A DNA stretch of 64,000 nucleotides, from NCBI GenBank assembly GCA_963662585.1, contig OY759729.1, positions 1,088,001 to 1,152,000 of the forward strand, in the 5' to 3' direction. The position numbers and the translations under genes are program-made. Source of the DNA: Candidatus Cloacimonadales bacterium. GTDB lineage: Bacteria > Cloacimonadota > Cloacimonadia > Cloacimonadales > JAFGVF01. Positions 37,966-48,180 of the stretch are shown in pieces; the first letter of the stretch is position 1; every line of letters begins with the position of its first letter. The notes under the pieces are model-generated. The model did not search any database, was not told the DNA's origin, and worked only from the letters and a program-made list of their open reading frames with translations.

Positions 37966-37998
37966 AAGAAGCTTTCAATTCTAAATTCTGATTTTATC

Positions 37999-39345
37999 TT
38001 ATTTCCCAATACAAAAGTTATCAAAAATTGAATTTAACAGATCATCATCGGTAATTTTTCCAATCACCTCTTCTAAGTGAGCAGAAGCTTCTTTAAGATC
38101 AAAGGCCGTAAATTCATAACCGATAAAGTTATCAATTGAAATAATAGCTTGTTCTATCGAAACAATACTCTTTTCTACAGCAGAAATCTGACGAGAGTTA
38201 GTTAATAAACCTGATTCTAATTCTTGGTCAGATAAAACAATCTGAGACAAAATTGCCTCTTTTAGAGGAGCTATTCCTTGAGCAGATGAAGCATAGCAAG
38301 AGATATAATCAGGGTAGAGAGAAATTTGCTCAGGAGTAAGGAGATCTGATTTGTTAAGAACTTTAATAATTTTATCAGAATTAAGTCCTTTAACAAAATT
38401 ATCATAATCTTCTTTAGTAGCATTACCATCGGTTATATAGAGAATTAGATCACTTTGTTCGATAATTTCACGAGAACGATTTATTCCCATCTGTTCGATA
38501 GTATCTGTTGTTTCTCTAATTCCAGCAGTATCATAAATTCTGATTAGATAGCCACCTAAAGCAATAACTTCCTCAAGATAATCTCTGGTGGTTCCTGGGA
38601 TAGGGGTAACGATAGCTCTCTCAGTCTCCAAAAGCATATTAAAAATGCTTGATTTGCCTACATTAGGTTTTCCAATAAGACTAACCTTTAAACCTTCCCT
38701 AATGAGTCTTCCTTGCTTACCTGAAGATACTAAAGTATTTAACTTACTAGTTAAACTAAGTAAGTTCACTTTTAATTCAGCTAAATCAATATCTGGGACA
38801 TCGTCATCGAGGAAATCTATCTCAAGTTCTAATTGAATTCTATAGTGGGAAAGTTCATCTAAGAGAGTAGAAATTCGCTTAAACAGAGAACCATCTAATT
38901 GATTAATAGCCAGAGTCTGAGCTTTCTGAGTCTTGGCTTGAATCATATCATTAACAGCTTCAGCTTGGGTTAGGTCAAGTTTGTTGTTGAGATAGGCCCG
39001 TAAGGTAAATTCTCCAGGTTTAGCTAATCTAATCTTCTTTTGCAAGGCTGAAAGAATAGAGTTTGCCACAAACATAGAACCATGACAAGAGATTTCCACA
39101 GAGTTCTCGCCTGTAAAGCTATTTGGGGCAAGGAAAACAGAGCATAAGACCTCATCAAGAAGTCTGCCATCTTCAACAATCTTGCCATAAACAAGAGAGT
39201 GGGATTTAGCTTTTAAGAGCTTTTCTTGTGGTTGGAATATTTTAGCAACCTGCTCAACTGCGTCTTCCCCACTAACTCTGATAATATGCAAAGCTCCGCT
39301 ACCTACTGGGGTTGCCAGAGCTGTAATAGTATCTGAATAGTACAT
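37999..39345 (-). CDS. mnmE: tRNA modification GTPase MnmE
   Basis: DTITALAT, SFTGE, GKPNVGKSS, GTTRD, DTAG, NKSD, FCIGK. Confidence 0.97.
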   Translation of the reverse strand: MYYSDTITALATPVGSGALHIIRVSGEDAVEQVAKIFQPQEKLLKAKSHSLVYGKIVEDGRLLDEVLCSVFLAPNSFTGENSVEISCHGSMFVANSILSALQKKIRLAKPGEFTLRAYLNNKLDLTQAEAVNDMIQAKTQKAQTLAINQLDGSLFKRISTLLDELSHYRIQLELEIDFLDDDVPDIDLAELKVNLLSLTSKLNTLVSSGKQGRLIREGLKVSLIGKPNVGKSSIFNMLLETERAIVTPIPGTTRDYLEEVIALGGYLIRIYDTAGIRETTDTIEQMGINRSREIIEQSDLILYITDGNATKEDYDNFVKGLNSDKIIKVLNKSDLLTPEQISLYPDYISCYASSAQGIAPLKEAILSQIVLSDQELESGLLTNSRQISAVEKSIVSIEQAIISIDNFIGYEFTAFDLKEASAHLEEVIGKITDDDLLNSIFDNFCIGK

Positions 39346-39350
39346 CTTAA

Positions 39351-39647
39351 TTAAGGTATTTTGATCTTCTGTTTTTCAGGATCAGGATTTTGGCGATAGA
39401 GAATCCCGACATTACCGATTAAGTCGATAGCTATAGCATTAACTTCTTCTGCGATTTGAGGGAAGAGCTCTTTCTTCTCTTCTTTAAAGTCTGAAAACTT
39501 AATTTTAATCAATTCTTTTAGTTCTAGTTCTTCATCTATTGTTTTAATAACTTGTTCAGAAACACCTTTGCCACCAATCATCACAGCAGGGTTAAGTGAG
39601 TGAACAAGTTTCTTTAAATATGCTTTTTGTTTTCCAGTAAGATTCAT
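39351..39647 (-). CDS. yhbY: CRM-domain RNA-binding protein YhbY
   Basis: LTGKQKAYLK...HSLNP.V.IG..G, ELIKIK, IG...ILYR. Confidence 0.9.
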   Translation of the reverse strand: MNLTGKQKAYLKKLVHSLNPAVMIGGKGVSEQVIKTIDEELELKELIKIKFSDFKEEKKELFPQIAEEVNAIAIDLIGNVGILYRQNPDPEKQKIKIP

Positions 39648-41557
39648 TTTAATTCCTTTAAGATTTTTTCTTTTATAGCTTCAGGAGTGAAGCCTATTTC
39701 TTGGTAAAGTAAATTTACATTACCGTGTGTTACAAAACTATCAGGGTAGCCAATATTTAAGGTTCTTGTTTTGTCAAGATAGTTACTAATTAATTGCCCA
39801 ATCCCGTTCACAGTGCTACTATGTTCAATAGTAACGACTAAATCAAATTTATTTTTCAGGGAATCAAGATAGTCATAATCAAGTGGTTTTATAGTTCTCA
39901 CATTTATCAATTCTGCTGAAATATTATCCTCTTCTTGAAGTTTCTGTCTAACTTGATAAGCTAAGTCTAAAGCATGCCCAACAGAGAGAATTGCTATTTT
40001 TTTACCAGATTCAATCAAATTAAATCTTCCTAATTCAAAAGGAGTATGGTTATTGTGATCAGAATTAATTGATCCTCGGGGATAACGAATTATGATAGGT
40101 CCAGCTTGATATTGAGAAGCAAAAGTAAGCATCTCATGAAATTCTAATTCATAAGCTGGAGTCAAAATTACTAAATTAGGTATAGGCAAGAGAAAAGATA
40201 TATCAAAAGCCCCATGATGTGTTGCCCCATCTTCTCCAACTAAACCAGCCCTATCTAAGCAGATAACAATGGGTAGTTTTTGTAAGGCTATGTCATGAAT
40301 AATTTGGTCGTAAGCTCTTTGGATAAAAGTAGAATATATTGCGACAAAAGGTTTTATACCCTTAGTTGCTAGTCCTCCAGCAAAAGTAATTGCATGTTGT
40401 TCAGCAATTCCTACATCAAAGAATCTACTTGGAAATTTCTTTTCAAATTGGGTTAAGCCAGTTCCATCGCTCATAGCCGCAGTAATTGCCACTATCTTCT
40501 TGTTCTCTTGAGCCAAGGAGACTAACTTCTCCCCAAAACTAGAAGACCAATTTTGGAGTTTTCTCTTCTCCGTTTCACCAGAAGTAGCGTTGTAAGGACC
40601 TAAACCATGAAACTTACTAGAGTTGTTTTCAGCAATGGAAAAACCTTTCCCTTTAGTTGTTACAACATGAAGCAGAATAGGTCCTACCATATTGTACTTA
40701 ACCTTATTTAGAACTCTAATCAAGCGGGGAATATTATGACCATCTACAGGTCCAACATATTTAAAACCAAGATCTTCAAAAATAATGTTAGGAACCAAGA
40801 TGTTTATCATACTCTCTTCCATCTTCTGGGCTCCTCTAATAAATCTACTTCTGATAGAACGAGGCAGGGTTGAAGAGAAATCCCAGACCTGCTTCTTTAA
40901 AGCATTGTAAGAGCGACTTACCAACATATTAGTTAGATACTTTTGCAGAGCTCCTACATTTTTAGATATGGACATATTGTTATCATTAAGAATTACCAAC
41001 ATTTTATCTTTTGAGAGATGGCCTGTATGGTTTAGAGCCTCAAAAGACATTCCGCCCGTTAAAGCACCATCTCCAATTATAGCAATACTATAACCAGATT
41101 CCTGATTAAGCTGTTTGGCACAAGCTATACCGAGAGCGGCAGATATGGAAGTCGAACTATGACCAACTCCAAAAGCATCACACTTACTCTCGAAAATATT
41201 GTTAAAGCCACTTATTCCTTGATATTGCCTTAAGGTATCAAAATCTTCATTGCGTCCTGTTAGGATTTTATAGGCATAGGATTGATGTCCCACATCCCAG
41301 ACAATTGCATCTTCAGGAGGAGAAAAAACCTTTAGTAGAGCAATTACTAAATCTGTTGCACCCAGACTAGGAGCCACATGTCCTCCATTCCGAGATGTCA
41401 CTTCTATTATTCTCTCTCTTACTTCCTGAGCAAGCTTCTCTAATTCTTCAATATTCAGTTTCTTTATTTTTTCTATTTTATCTATATCTTTTAGCAAGGT
41501 TTTCTCCTTAGTGGATATTCCAACATCTAAAATTAAATTATCCCTAATATTCGTCAA
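39644..41557 (-). CDS. dxs: 1-deoxy-D-xylulose-5-phosphate synthase (exact start uncertain)
   Basis: GGH, WDVGHQ, GDGALTGG, DVGIAEQHA, DRAGLVGEDGATH. Confidence 0.97.
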   Translation of the reverse strand: MTNIRDNLILDVGISTKEKTLLKDIDKIEKIKKLNIEELEKLAQEVRERIIEVTSRNGGHVAPSLGATDLVIALLKVFSPPEDAIVWDVGHQSYAYKILTGRNEDFDTLRQYQGISGFNNIFESKCDAFGVGHSSTSISAALGIACAKQLNQESGYSIAIIGDGALTGGMSFEALNHTGHLSKDKMLVILNDNNMSISKNVGALQKYLTNMLVSRSYNALKKQVWDFSSTLPRSIRSRFIRGAQKMEESMINILVPNIIFEDLGFKYVGPVDGHNIPRLIRVLNKVKYNMVGPILLHVVTTKGKGFSIAENNSSKFHGLGPYNATSGETEKRKLQNWSSSFGEKLVSLAQENKKIVAITAAMSDGTGLTQFEKKFPSRFFDVGIAEQHAITFAGGLATKGIKPFVAIYSTFIQRAYDQIIHDIALQKLPIVICLDRAGLVGEDGATHHGAFDISFLLPIPNLVILTPAYELEFHEMLTFASQYQAGPIIIRYPRGSINSDHNNHTPFELGRFNLIESGKKIAILSVGHALDLAYQVRQKLQEEDNISAELINVRTIKPLDYDYLDSLKNKFDLVVTIEHSSTVNGIGQLISNYLDKTRTLNIGYPDSFVTHGNVNLLYQEIGFTPEAIKEKILKELK

Positions 41558-41635
41558 GTGATATCTCTGCTTGACAAGAATACTTATTCTTAGAAAAATA
41601 TTTTAAAGCTAAACTGATTAATATGAAGGACTTTT

Positions 41636-43039
41636 ATGGAAAACTTAAGAATAGGAATTATCGGTAATATCGGAGTTGGAAAATCAACATTAGTAACTAA
41701 AGCAAAATCAGAACCTTTCAAGAATAGACTTCTTTCTCTCTTTCCAGGAGAGACTCAAGGAGCTGATATACATACCTTTGACGAGACTTTTAATCCAGTA
41801 GTTTTAGATGAGTTCTACAAAGACCCAGTAAAAAATGCTTTTATGGCTCAAATTGAGTTTTTTAATGGCAGATTAGAGAGACAGAAAAGAATCGATAACT
41901 CACGCGGAATCATCCTAGAAGATAGAACTTTAGCTGAAGACTACCATATCTTTGGCAAAGCTCAGAGAATTCTCGGGAATATGACTGAAGCAGAATTCCA
42001 AGCTTATCAAAGAACTTATCACCTAATGACAGAGAACTTTAAAGAACCAGATATTTTAATCTATCTAAAAGCAGATGTAGATACTTTAATTAAACGCATC
42101 GCCAAACGCGGAAGAGAAAGTGAAAAACTTATCCCAGAAGAGTATTTAAAACAGCTAAATTACCTCTATGAAGAATATATTGAAAATTATGTTAAATGCC
42201 CTGTTTTAATAATCGAAACAAATAATCTGCCTGAAAAAGAATTTGTTGAAACAGCAGTAGAACTTATTGCCAAAAGAATTAGTGAACTATCTTTAAGAAT
42301 TACTACACCAGGCATTAGAAAATGGGTAAAACTTCCAGAAACAGAAGCTACCTTAAAAGCTATCGAGATAGAAAAGAAGCTTGAAAGATATTTATCTGAA
42401 AACCCTACCCTGATAACTATTGCTGGTAATGTTGGACTTGGTAAATCTACCATCACTGCCATTATGGAGAGAAGTCTAAATCTAACTGGACTCTATGAAA
42501 AACCAGAAGAAAACCCTCTCTTAGAAAAGTTTCTCTCCGATAAAAAGAAATACTGCTTTGATTTGCAACTTCACTTCCTTAAAATGAGAGCTGAACAAAG
42601 ATTGCAAGGAAAAAAGGGAGATAGAAGCTATGTTAAAGACCGTTCACTTCCTGAAGACTTGCTCGTATTCTGTCACCAATTCCACCATGATGGACTTCTT
42701 ACAGATTTAGAATTAGAAAGACTTACAACTGAATTCCATAAAACCAATAACCAACTCCCTAGTGCTGACCTTATTATACATCTAGTGGGAAGACCTAAAC
42801 TCGCCTGGCAAAGGATTCAACAAAGAGGCAGAGAAATGGAAATTGAAGGTGGCTGGAGTGAAGCTGAAATTACTAATCTAAATCGTTGGTATCAAGATTA
42901 TGGCATCAATGTTGTTAAATACGGATTCCATAAGGGTAAAGTTATAGAAATAGATGTTAGTATGATAGATTTGCTTAATAGAGTCCATGTTGGCTATATC
43001 TTTGAAAGAATATATGAAGAATTGAGAATGGAGAATTGA
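41636..43039 (+). CDS. Tandem fused double deoxynucleoside kinase
   Basis: Two P-loops (GNIGVGKST, GNVGLGKST), two DR(S/T) motifs, two lids (RIAKRGR, RIQQRGR). Confidence 0.9.
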   Translation: MENLRIGIIGNIGVGKSTLVTKAKSEPFKNRLLSLFPGETQGADIHTFDETFNPVVLDEFYKDPVKNAFMAQIEFFNGRLERQKRIDNSRGIILEDRTLAEDYHIFGKAQRILGNMTEAEFQAYQRTYHLMTENFKEPDILIYLKADVDTLIKRIAKRGRESEKLIPEEYLKQLNYLYEEYIENYVKCPVLIIETNNLPEKEFVETAVELIAKRISELSLRITTPGIRKWVKLPETEATLKAIEIEKKLERYLSENPTLITIAGNVGLGKSTITAIMERSLNLTGLYEKPEENPLLEKFLSDKKKYCFDLQLHFLKMRAEQRLQGKKGDRSYVKDRSLPEDLLVFCHQFHHDGLLTDLELERLTTEFHKTNNQLPSADLIIHLVGRPKLAWQRIQQRGREMEIEGGWSEAEITNLNRWYQDYGINVVKYGFHKGKVIEIDVSMIDLLNRVHVGYIFERIYEELRMEN

Positions 43040-43144
43040 GAATTGAGAATGGAGAATTGAGAATTGAGAATGGAGAATGGAGAATTGAGAATGGAGAATG
43101 GAGAATTGAGAATGGAGAATTGAGAATGGAGAATGGAGAATGGA
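43019..43144 (+). repeat. Heptamer array (GAATKGA)x18
   Basis: First three units encode the kinase C-terminus ELRMEN and its TGA stop. Confidence 0.95.
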
Positions 43145-43149
43145 GACAT

Positions 43150-43285
43150 TTACGAATGTAGGGGCCTATTGCCATACGCCTTCTTGAATTTCCACGAATT
43201 AAGAAAAGGCACTTAACATAGAGTTTCACAGAGGTTAAGAGGATTTCCACAGAGTTTTTTTGAGAAAAGTTCTATGAATGTGACC
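43150..43285 (+). repeat. GTAGGGGC and CACAGAG repeat modules
   Basis: Similar to 37293-37405. Confidence 0.75.
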
Positions 43286-43290
43286 AGATC

Positions 43291-43489
43291 TCTTAAATCC
43301 CCCTCAGCGAGGGGGACACAGGGGGTGTTTCAATCTTTCTTAAATCCCCCTACGCGAGGGGGACACAGGGGGTGTTTCAATCTTTCTTAAATCCCCCTCC
43401 GCGAGGGGGGGACACAGGGGGTGTTTCAATCTTTCTTAAATCCCCCTCCGCGAGGGGGACACAGGGGGTGTTTCAATCTTTCTTAAATC
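43291..43489 (+). repeat. Four tandem 47-49-bp units, same family as 3385-3892 in the opposite orientation
   Basis: TCTTAAATCCCCCT..GCGAGGGGGACACAGGGGGTGTTTCAATCTT. Confidence 0.9.
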
Positions 43490-43519
43490 ACTCAAGGAAA
43501 ATATCACCCATCCTAAAAT

Positions 43520-43557
43520 AAAAAAAGCCTCTTAAATCCCAAGGGATTCAAGAGGCT
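43520..43557 (-). terminator. Terminator after the ptb genes
   Basis: AGCCTCTT.AATCCC-aa-GGGATT.AAGAGGCT with a T run on the minus strand. Confidence 0.7.
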
Positions 43558-43602
43558 CTCCTAACAATTAATTTCTATAAATTTACTGGTAAATAACTTT
43601 CT

Positions 43603-44505
43603 TTATACCATCAAGCAAGATAAAGCAATACAGTAATATTTTGATTTAGGTGATTCTGATCTAGACATCACAACAACAGGTTTAGTAGTACCTTGGATTA
43701 AACCAGCAAGTTCTGCCCCACCCCACAACATTTGTCCTTTATAGAAAGAATTACATGCTTCTAAAGAAGGGAAAAGAAGAACATCTGCATCGCCGTTGAT
43801 AGGGGTAGGAACTCCTTTAATCTTCACACTCTCTTCATCACATGCTAAGAAGATATCTAAAGGACCATCGACAATACAGTTTTTGATCTGTCCGCGTTGA
43901 GCCATCATGCAGAGTTGAGTATAATCATTATGAGATTCAAAGTGAGGACTTACTTTTTCTGCAGCTGAAATAAGAGCAACTTTAGGTGTCTCGATACCAA
44001 ATCTGTGTGCCATAGCAACAGAGTATTTTAGCATAGCAGTCTTCTGTTTAAGGTCAGGGAAAGGTAAGACTGCTGTATCAGTTACAAAGAGTAATTTATG
44101 GTATTTTGGGATTTCTAAAGCACAGACATAAGTCATGGTAGCTTTAGGAGGTAATAATCCTCTTTCTTTATTAATTACTCCTCTTAAGAATTTATCAGTA
44201 CCGCAAAGTCCTTTCATTAGGACATCAGCTTCATCATTTCTTACCATCTCCACAGCTTTAGCAATAGAAGCTACTTCATCTTTAATATCAACAATTTGGA
44301 AGATGTCTGGGTTTATATCAGCTTCTTTAGCAACTTCAATAATTTTGTCAGCATCGCCAATCATAATCGCTTCGATAAAACCATCGTTGATTGCTTGAGT
44401 GATTGCTCCGATAGTGTTAGAGTCTTGAGCATAAGCTACAGCAATTCTAAACTTCTTCTTTAGCTCTTTAACTTGTTCAACCATTTGGTCTAAAGTAGTT
44501 ATCAT
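43603..44505 (-). CDS. ptb: Phosphate butyryltransferase/acyltransferase, copy 1
   Basis: ADVLMKG, TDTAV, PKVALISA.EKV, DGPL, PVVVMSRS. Confidence 0.85.
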   Translation of the reverse strand: MITTLDQMVEQVKELKKKFRIAVAYAQDSNTIGAITQAINDGFIEAIMIGDADKIIEVAKEADINPDIFQIVDIKDEVASIAKAVEMVRNDEADVLMKGLCGTDKFLRGVINKERGLLPPKATMTYVCALEIPKYHKLLFVTDTAVLPFPDLKQKTAMLKYSVAMAHRFGIETPKVALISAAEKVSPHFESHNDYTQLCMMAQRGQIKNCIVDGPLDIFLACDEESVKIKGVPTPINGDADVLLFPSLEACNSFYKGQMLWGGAELAGLIQGTTKPVVVMSRSESPKSKYYCIALSCLMV

Positions 44506-44518
44506 ATTATCTACCTAT

Positions 44519-45421
44519 CTATGCTAAGAGAGCTGCAAGAGCTATTGAGTATAATTTTGTCTGTTCTGTATCTCCACGAGATGAAAGAATAGCAGGACAG
44601 CTTGCACCACAAACCATAGCAGCTAATTCTGCTTTGACTAATTTAGTAACAGTTTTGTAGAAAACATTACCAGATTCTATATTAGGGAAAACGATTCCAT
44701 CAGCATCACCAGCTACAGAAGATTGGAATTTCTTGATAGCAACAGCTTCTTTATCAATTGATAAGTCTAGAGAAAGAGGACCATCAACAAAGGCTCCTTT
44801 AATCTGACCTCTTTCAGCCATTTTAGTTATTATGGCAGCATCAGCATTAGCTACTATCTTATCAGTTGCTGACTCTGATGAAGCAAGAATTGAGATTTTA
44901 GGAGTTTCGATATCTAAAGCTTTACATGTTTTAATAATATTATTGGTAATAGCAACTTTTTGCTTTAAATCAGGAAGAGGAATAATAGCTACATCAGAAA
45001 CCACTAAGAGTTTTTCATAACTAGGTATTTCCATAACTGTGATATGAGAAAGCATTGACCCTTTAGGAACAAGACCAGTTTCTTTGTTTAATAGAGCTCT
45101 CATATAAGTATCAGTACCTATAAGTCCTTTCATTATGAGATCACCCTTGCCTTCACGAATATAAATACAAGCTTTTTGAGCAGCTTTAGAATCTACTTTT
45201 TCATCAATGATTTCAAATTTATTGATATCAATATTCTCTTCTTCACAGGTTGCTTTTATTAAATCTATATTTCCTATAAGAGTTGCATCTACAATACCTA
45301 AATCTATTGCTTTGCTAATAGCTCCAATTGAATGACCATCAACCGTATAGGCTCCGACTAATCTCTTTTTCTTTTTACTTCTTAAAGAATCAAACATTTG
45401 ATCAAGTTTGGTAATTGACAT
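44519..45421 (-). CDS. ptb: Phosphate butyryltransferase/acyltransferase, copy 2
   Basis: DLIMKG, DGPLSLD, PNIESGNVFYK, LSSRGD; GGAGG before ATG 45421. Confidence 0.85.
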   Translation of the reverse strand: MSITKLDQMFDSLRSKKKKRLVGAYTVDGHSIGAISKAIDLGIVDATLIGNIDLIKATCEEENIDINKFEIIDEKVDSKAAQKACIYIREGKGDLIMKGLIGTDTYMRALLNKETGLVPKGSMLSHITVMEIPSYEKLLVVSDVAIIPLPDLKQKVAITNNIIKTCKALDIETPKISILASSESATDKIVANADAAIITKMAERGQIKGAFVDGPLSLDLSIDKEAVAIKKFQSSVAGDADGIVFPNIESGNVFYKTVTKLVKAELAAMVCGASCPAILSSRGDTEQTKLYSIALAALLA

Positions 45422-45536
45422 TGATTTCCTCCACATTTTTTCGCATTTTAAATAAATTTTTCATTATTTGTTTATATGTCAAGAAGAAAGTAAAATTGAC
45501 CTAGCCTAATACCAGTCTATATTCGATATAATAGCA

Positions 45537-45563
45537 AAAGAGACAGGAATATCCTGTCTCTTC
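45537..45563 (-). terminator. Hairpin terminator at the end of the leuS-lspA-barrel gene run
   Basis: AAGAGACAGGA-ata-TCCTGTCTCTT. Confidence 0.7.
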
Positions 45564-45591
45564 TTTATATTTTACTCTGATTAATTTCTTC

Positions 45592-45903
45592 TTAGAACAT
45601 TAAGATCAAAAATACCAAAACCACGGCAAAAAAGACAAAATTCATGATCATACTCATAATTAAAAGAGTTCTGAGAGCATCAATTTTATATTTATTCTCT
45701 TTTACTCTTTTATCTAATTTAAGCTGAAGATTTTCTACAACTATTAATTTGTCTTCAATAACATCATGTTTTTTGATATTTCTATTGTGTTGATAATCTC
45801 TAACCCAATTTTGAAAACCATCAAAAAGTAACTTTGAAAGAATTGATGGAATGAATGAATTATTCATAGTATCTTGTGTATTACCGTTGTCTTTGTTTTT
45901 CAT
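45592..45903 (-). CDS. Hypothetical protein, coiled coil plus C-terminal TM helix
   Basis: RBS GAGG; hydrophobic C-terminus. Confidence 0.7.
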   Translation of the reverse strand: MKNKDNGNTQDTMNNSFIPSILSKLLFDGFQNWVRDYQHNRNIKKHDVIEDKLIVVENLQLKLDKRVKENKYKIDALRTLLIMSMIMNFVFFAVVLVFLILMF

Positions 45904-45915
45904 TATTAACCTCTT

Positions 45916-46764
45916 TTAGAATCTATATCCTACTTGGAAATGATGAGTAGCATCTAAATCTGAATGATAAGTGAATCCGTAATCAATAAGCATACCTTTT
46001 ACTTCGAAACCAGCACCTGCAGAATAAACAGCTGGGTTATTATGAACACCAGCACGAAGCTTCATTGCTTCAAAAAGAGTGTATTCAATACCTGCAGCTA
46101 CTGAAGTATCACCTTTCAACTCTTTAGTTAATTCTAAGGTAGTAATTACTCCATAGTAAGGTTGATAAGCTAAACCAGTTACCATTTTTCTAGGTAATTC
46201 AAATTGGTTATCATTTCCTACATTAGGATTATTAATGTTATGAACTGCAAAAGATATCTTAGTTCTTTGGTGCATAGTAGCAATAGCTCCAACATTCAAA
46301 CCAAAAGCACTGTCACTACCATAGTCACCTGCAAATTCAATATCATACATATTCAAAGAATAGCCAAAAGCTATTGAACTGTGTAAATCTTGCATTAATT
46401 TAAAAGCATGAGTCAAAGTGAATGTTGATTCAGTACTTAAACTTGTATCTTCAAAATCAACACCAAGTTGCTTGCCTGCAATACCAATGGTTCCATAAAT
46501 AGGAGAAAATCTATAAGATGCAGAAGCTGTATATACTCTTGCATATTTATTTCCATATAAATCAACCATACCAAGATTGAATTGGTTATCAGCTTGATCT
46601 AAGCCAGCAGGATTATAGAAAGCTGCATCAGAATCATCTGAGAGAGTGAAGAAAGCATCACCCATACCGCGAGCTCTCGCTGATGATGGATAGCTTTCAA
46701 AAAGAGCATTCAAATTTAAAGCAACAAGACTAATTAAGATAGTTATAAATATTATTTTTTTCAT
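45916..46764 (-). CDS. PorV/FadL-like outer-membrane beta-barrel protein
   Basis: Signal peptide; SARARGMG.AF..LSDD..A.FYNPAGL; terminal GYRF. Confidence 0.8.
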   Translation of the reverse strand: MKKIIFITILISLVALNLNALFESYPSSARARGMGDAFFTLSDDSDAAFYNPAGLDQADNQFNLGMVDLYGNKYARVYTASASYRFSPIYGTIGIAGKQLGVDFEDTSLSTESTFTLTHAFKLMQDLHSSIAFGYSLNMYDIEFAGDYGSDSAFGLNVGAIATMHQRTKISFAVHNINNPNVGNDNQFELPRKMVTGLAYQPYYGVITTLELTKELKGDTSVAAGIEYTLFEAMKLRAGVHNNPAVYSAGAGFEVKGMLIDYGFTYHSDLDATHHFQVGYRF

Positions 46765-46773
46765 TGATACTCC

Positions 46774-48180
46774 TTATTTAAGCTGTCCGGCAACAACGAT
46801 TGGTTGATCAGTGATATATTTATCACCAGTTTCTCTTACTACAACTTCCACTTGGCAGATATAGGTTCCGATATCAACTAATTCGCGATTTTTGTCTCTT
46901 CCATCCCAACGATATTCACCAAGTCCACTATGAACTTTATTTACCGGAGTATATACTAAGCGACCTTTCAAATCATAGATACGAACGATGGTCTTTGTGC
47001 TATAACCTGGTTTAAAACCATATTTTATGGTTAATCTTTCGTTGTAATAAGGATTGAATATATTTTTATCATTATTGGTATTTCTAATTGATAGATATGC
47101 TTTTTTACTGTCATAACCATTATTATAAGAAACATTAAGAGCTGATAAATCAGAAATCATCCAATTATTTTGAGCATCATCCATAAACTTGAAATTGCTG
47201 AAATTAACTGTAGCAACACCATACTCTTTAATATCAAAAATTAAGGTAATTAAAGTTGGAGTTTCGTAACTAGCAAAATTCTCTAAAGAGGCATAACTAA
47301 TAGTATAAACATCATCAACCATAGATTCTGTAACCTGTGAAGTACTAGTAGCATCTCCAATTCCTAATTCATAGCTATAATAATCAAGAAACTCATCATT
47401 ATAGGTGAAGTTAAATTCAAAACCATTAAGTCCCCAATAATCTTTAATATTAGTTGAGTTAATATGAACAAAGAGCTTATCACCTATTTTTTCTTTTTCA
47501 GAACTAACTGCCAAAGTAGCAGGAGTACTAGGAACAAGATCAGTAGCATCTTTAGGATTTAGGATAAAATTATTACCATCATAGACTAAGATACCAGAAA
47601 TACTTCCAAACTCATCGCCATTAGCAGGGTTTGCATCAAAGAAGCCATTACCAATTCTGATTTCATTATTGTTAGAATCACTTGCTAACCAATAATTACC
47701 TTCTGTATTTCCAGTATAGGCTAAATTGTTAATCTTAACAAAACTACTTTCATATTGTTCTGCGATTGCAGGATCTTGTAATTGAGTTATTGTTACAGTG
47801 TTAGCTGTAAGATCAAAAGGACCTTGATTAATCACTGTAATAGTAGCATTAGTTAATTCTGTCATACCATTTACTTCATTAACAGTACCTGTAATACTCA
47901 CCATTGTTTTTAGATTAGTTATAGTCGTTACATTATTAAGATAAATTCCATTCCAAATTCCTGGGTTTAGGTCAAAGGCAAACATATTATTATCTGAGCC
48001 GTTGAAACCTTTTGCTCCAAGAGTAACAGGACTAATAGTTACTTCTTGTCCATTGTAAGTTGAAGGATATGTATTATCAGCACCAGGGTCACTTGTTTGT
48101 TGGATATCCATTATAGTTTGTCCAAAAGCGATCTGGAATAAAACTATTAAGAAAAATATTATAATTACTTTTTTTGGCAT
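46774..48180 (-). CDS. Secreted protein with cohesin-like and FlgD-like C-terminal domains
   Basis: Signal peptide; FEFNFTYN..FL cohesin-like segment; FNP...RIYDLKGRLV...WDGRD...GTYIC. Confidence 0.7.
   Translation of the reverse strand: MPKKVIIIFFLIVLFQIAFGQTIMDIQQTSDPGADNTYPSTYNGQEVTISPVTLGAKGFNGSDNNMFAFDLNPGIWNGIYLNNVTTITNLKTMVSITGTVNEVNGMTELTNATITVINQGPFDLTANTVTITQLQDPAIAEQYESSFVKINNLAYTGNTEGNYWLASDSNNNEIRIGNGFFDANPANGDEFGSISGILVYDGNNFILNPKDATDLVPSTPATLAVSSEKEKIGDKLFVHINSTNIKDYWGLNGFEFNFTYNDEFLDYYSYELGIGDATSTSQVTESMVDDVYTISYASLENFASYETPTLITLIFDIKEYGVATVNFSNFKFMDDAQNNWMISDLSALNVSYNNGYDSKKAYLSIRNTNNDKNIFNPYYNERLTIKYGFKPGYSTKTIVRIYDLKGRLVYTPVNKVHSGLGEYRWDGRDKNRELVDIGTYICQVEVVVRETGDKYITDQPIVVAGQLK

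Noticed and set aside
42975..43250. 91-aa ORF with HSPFSIL repeats
   Set aside because: Antisense translation of the heptamer array.
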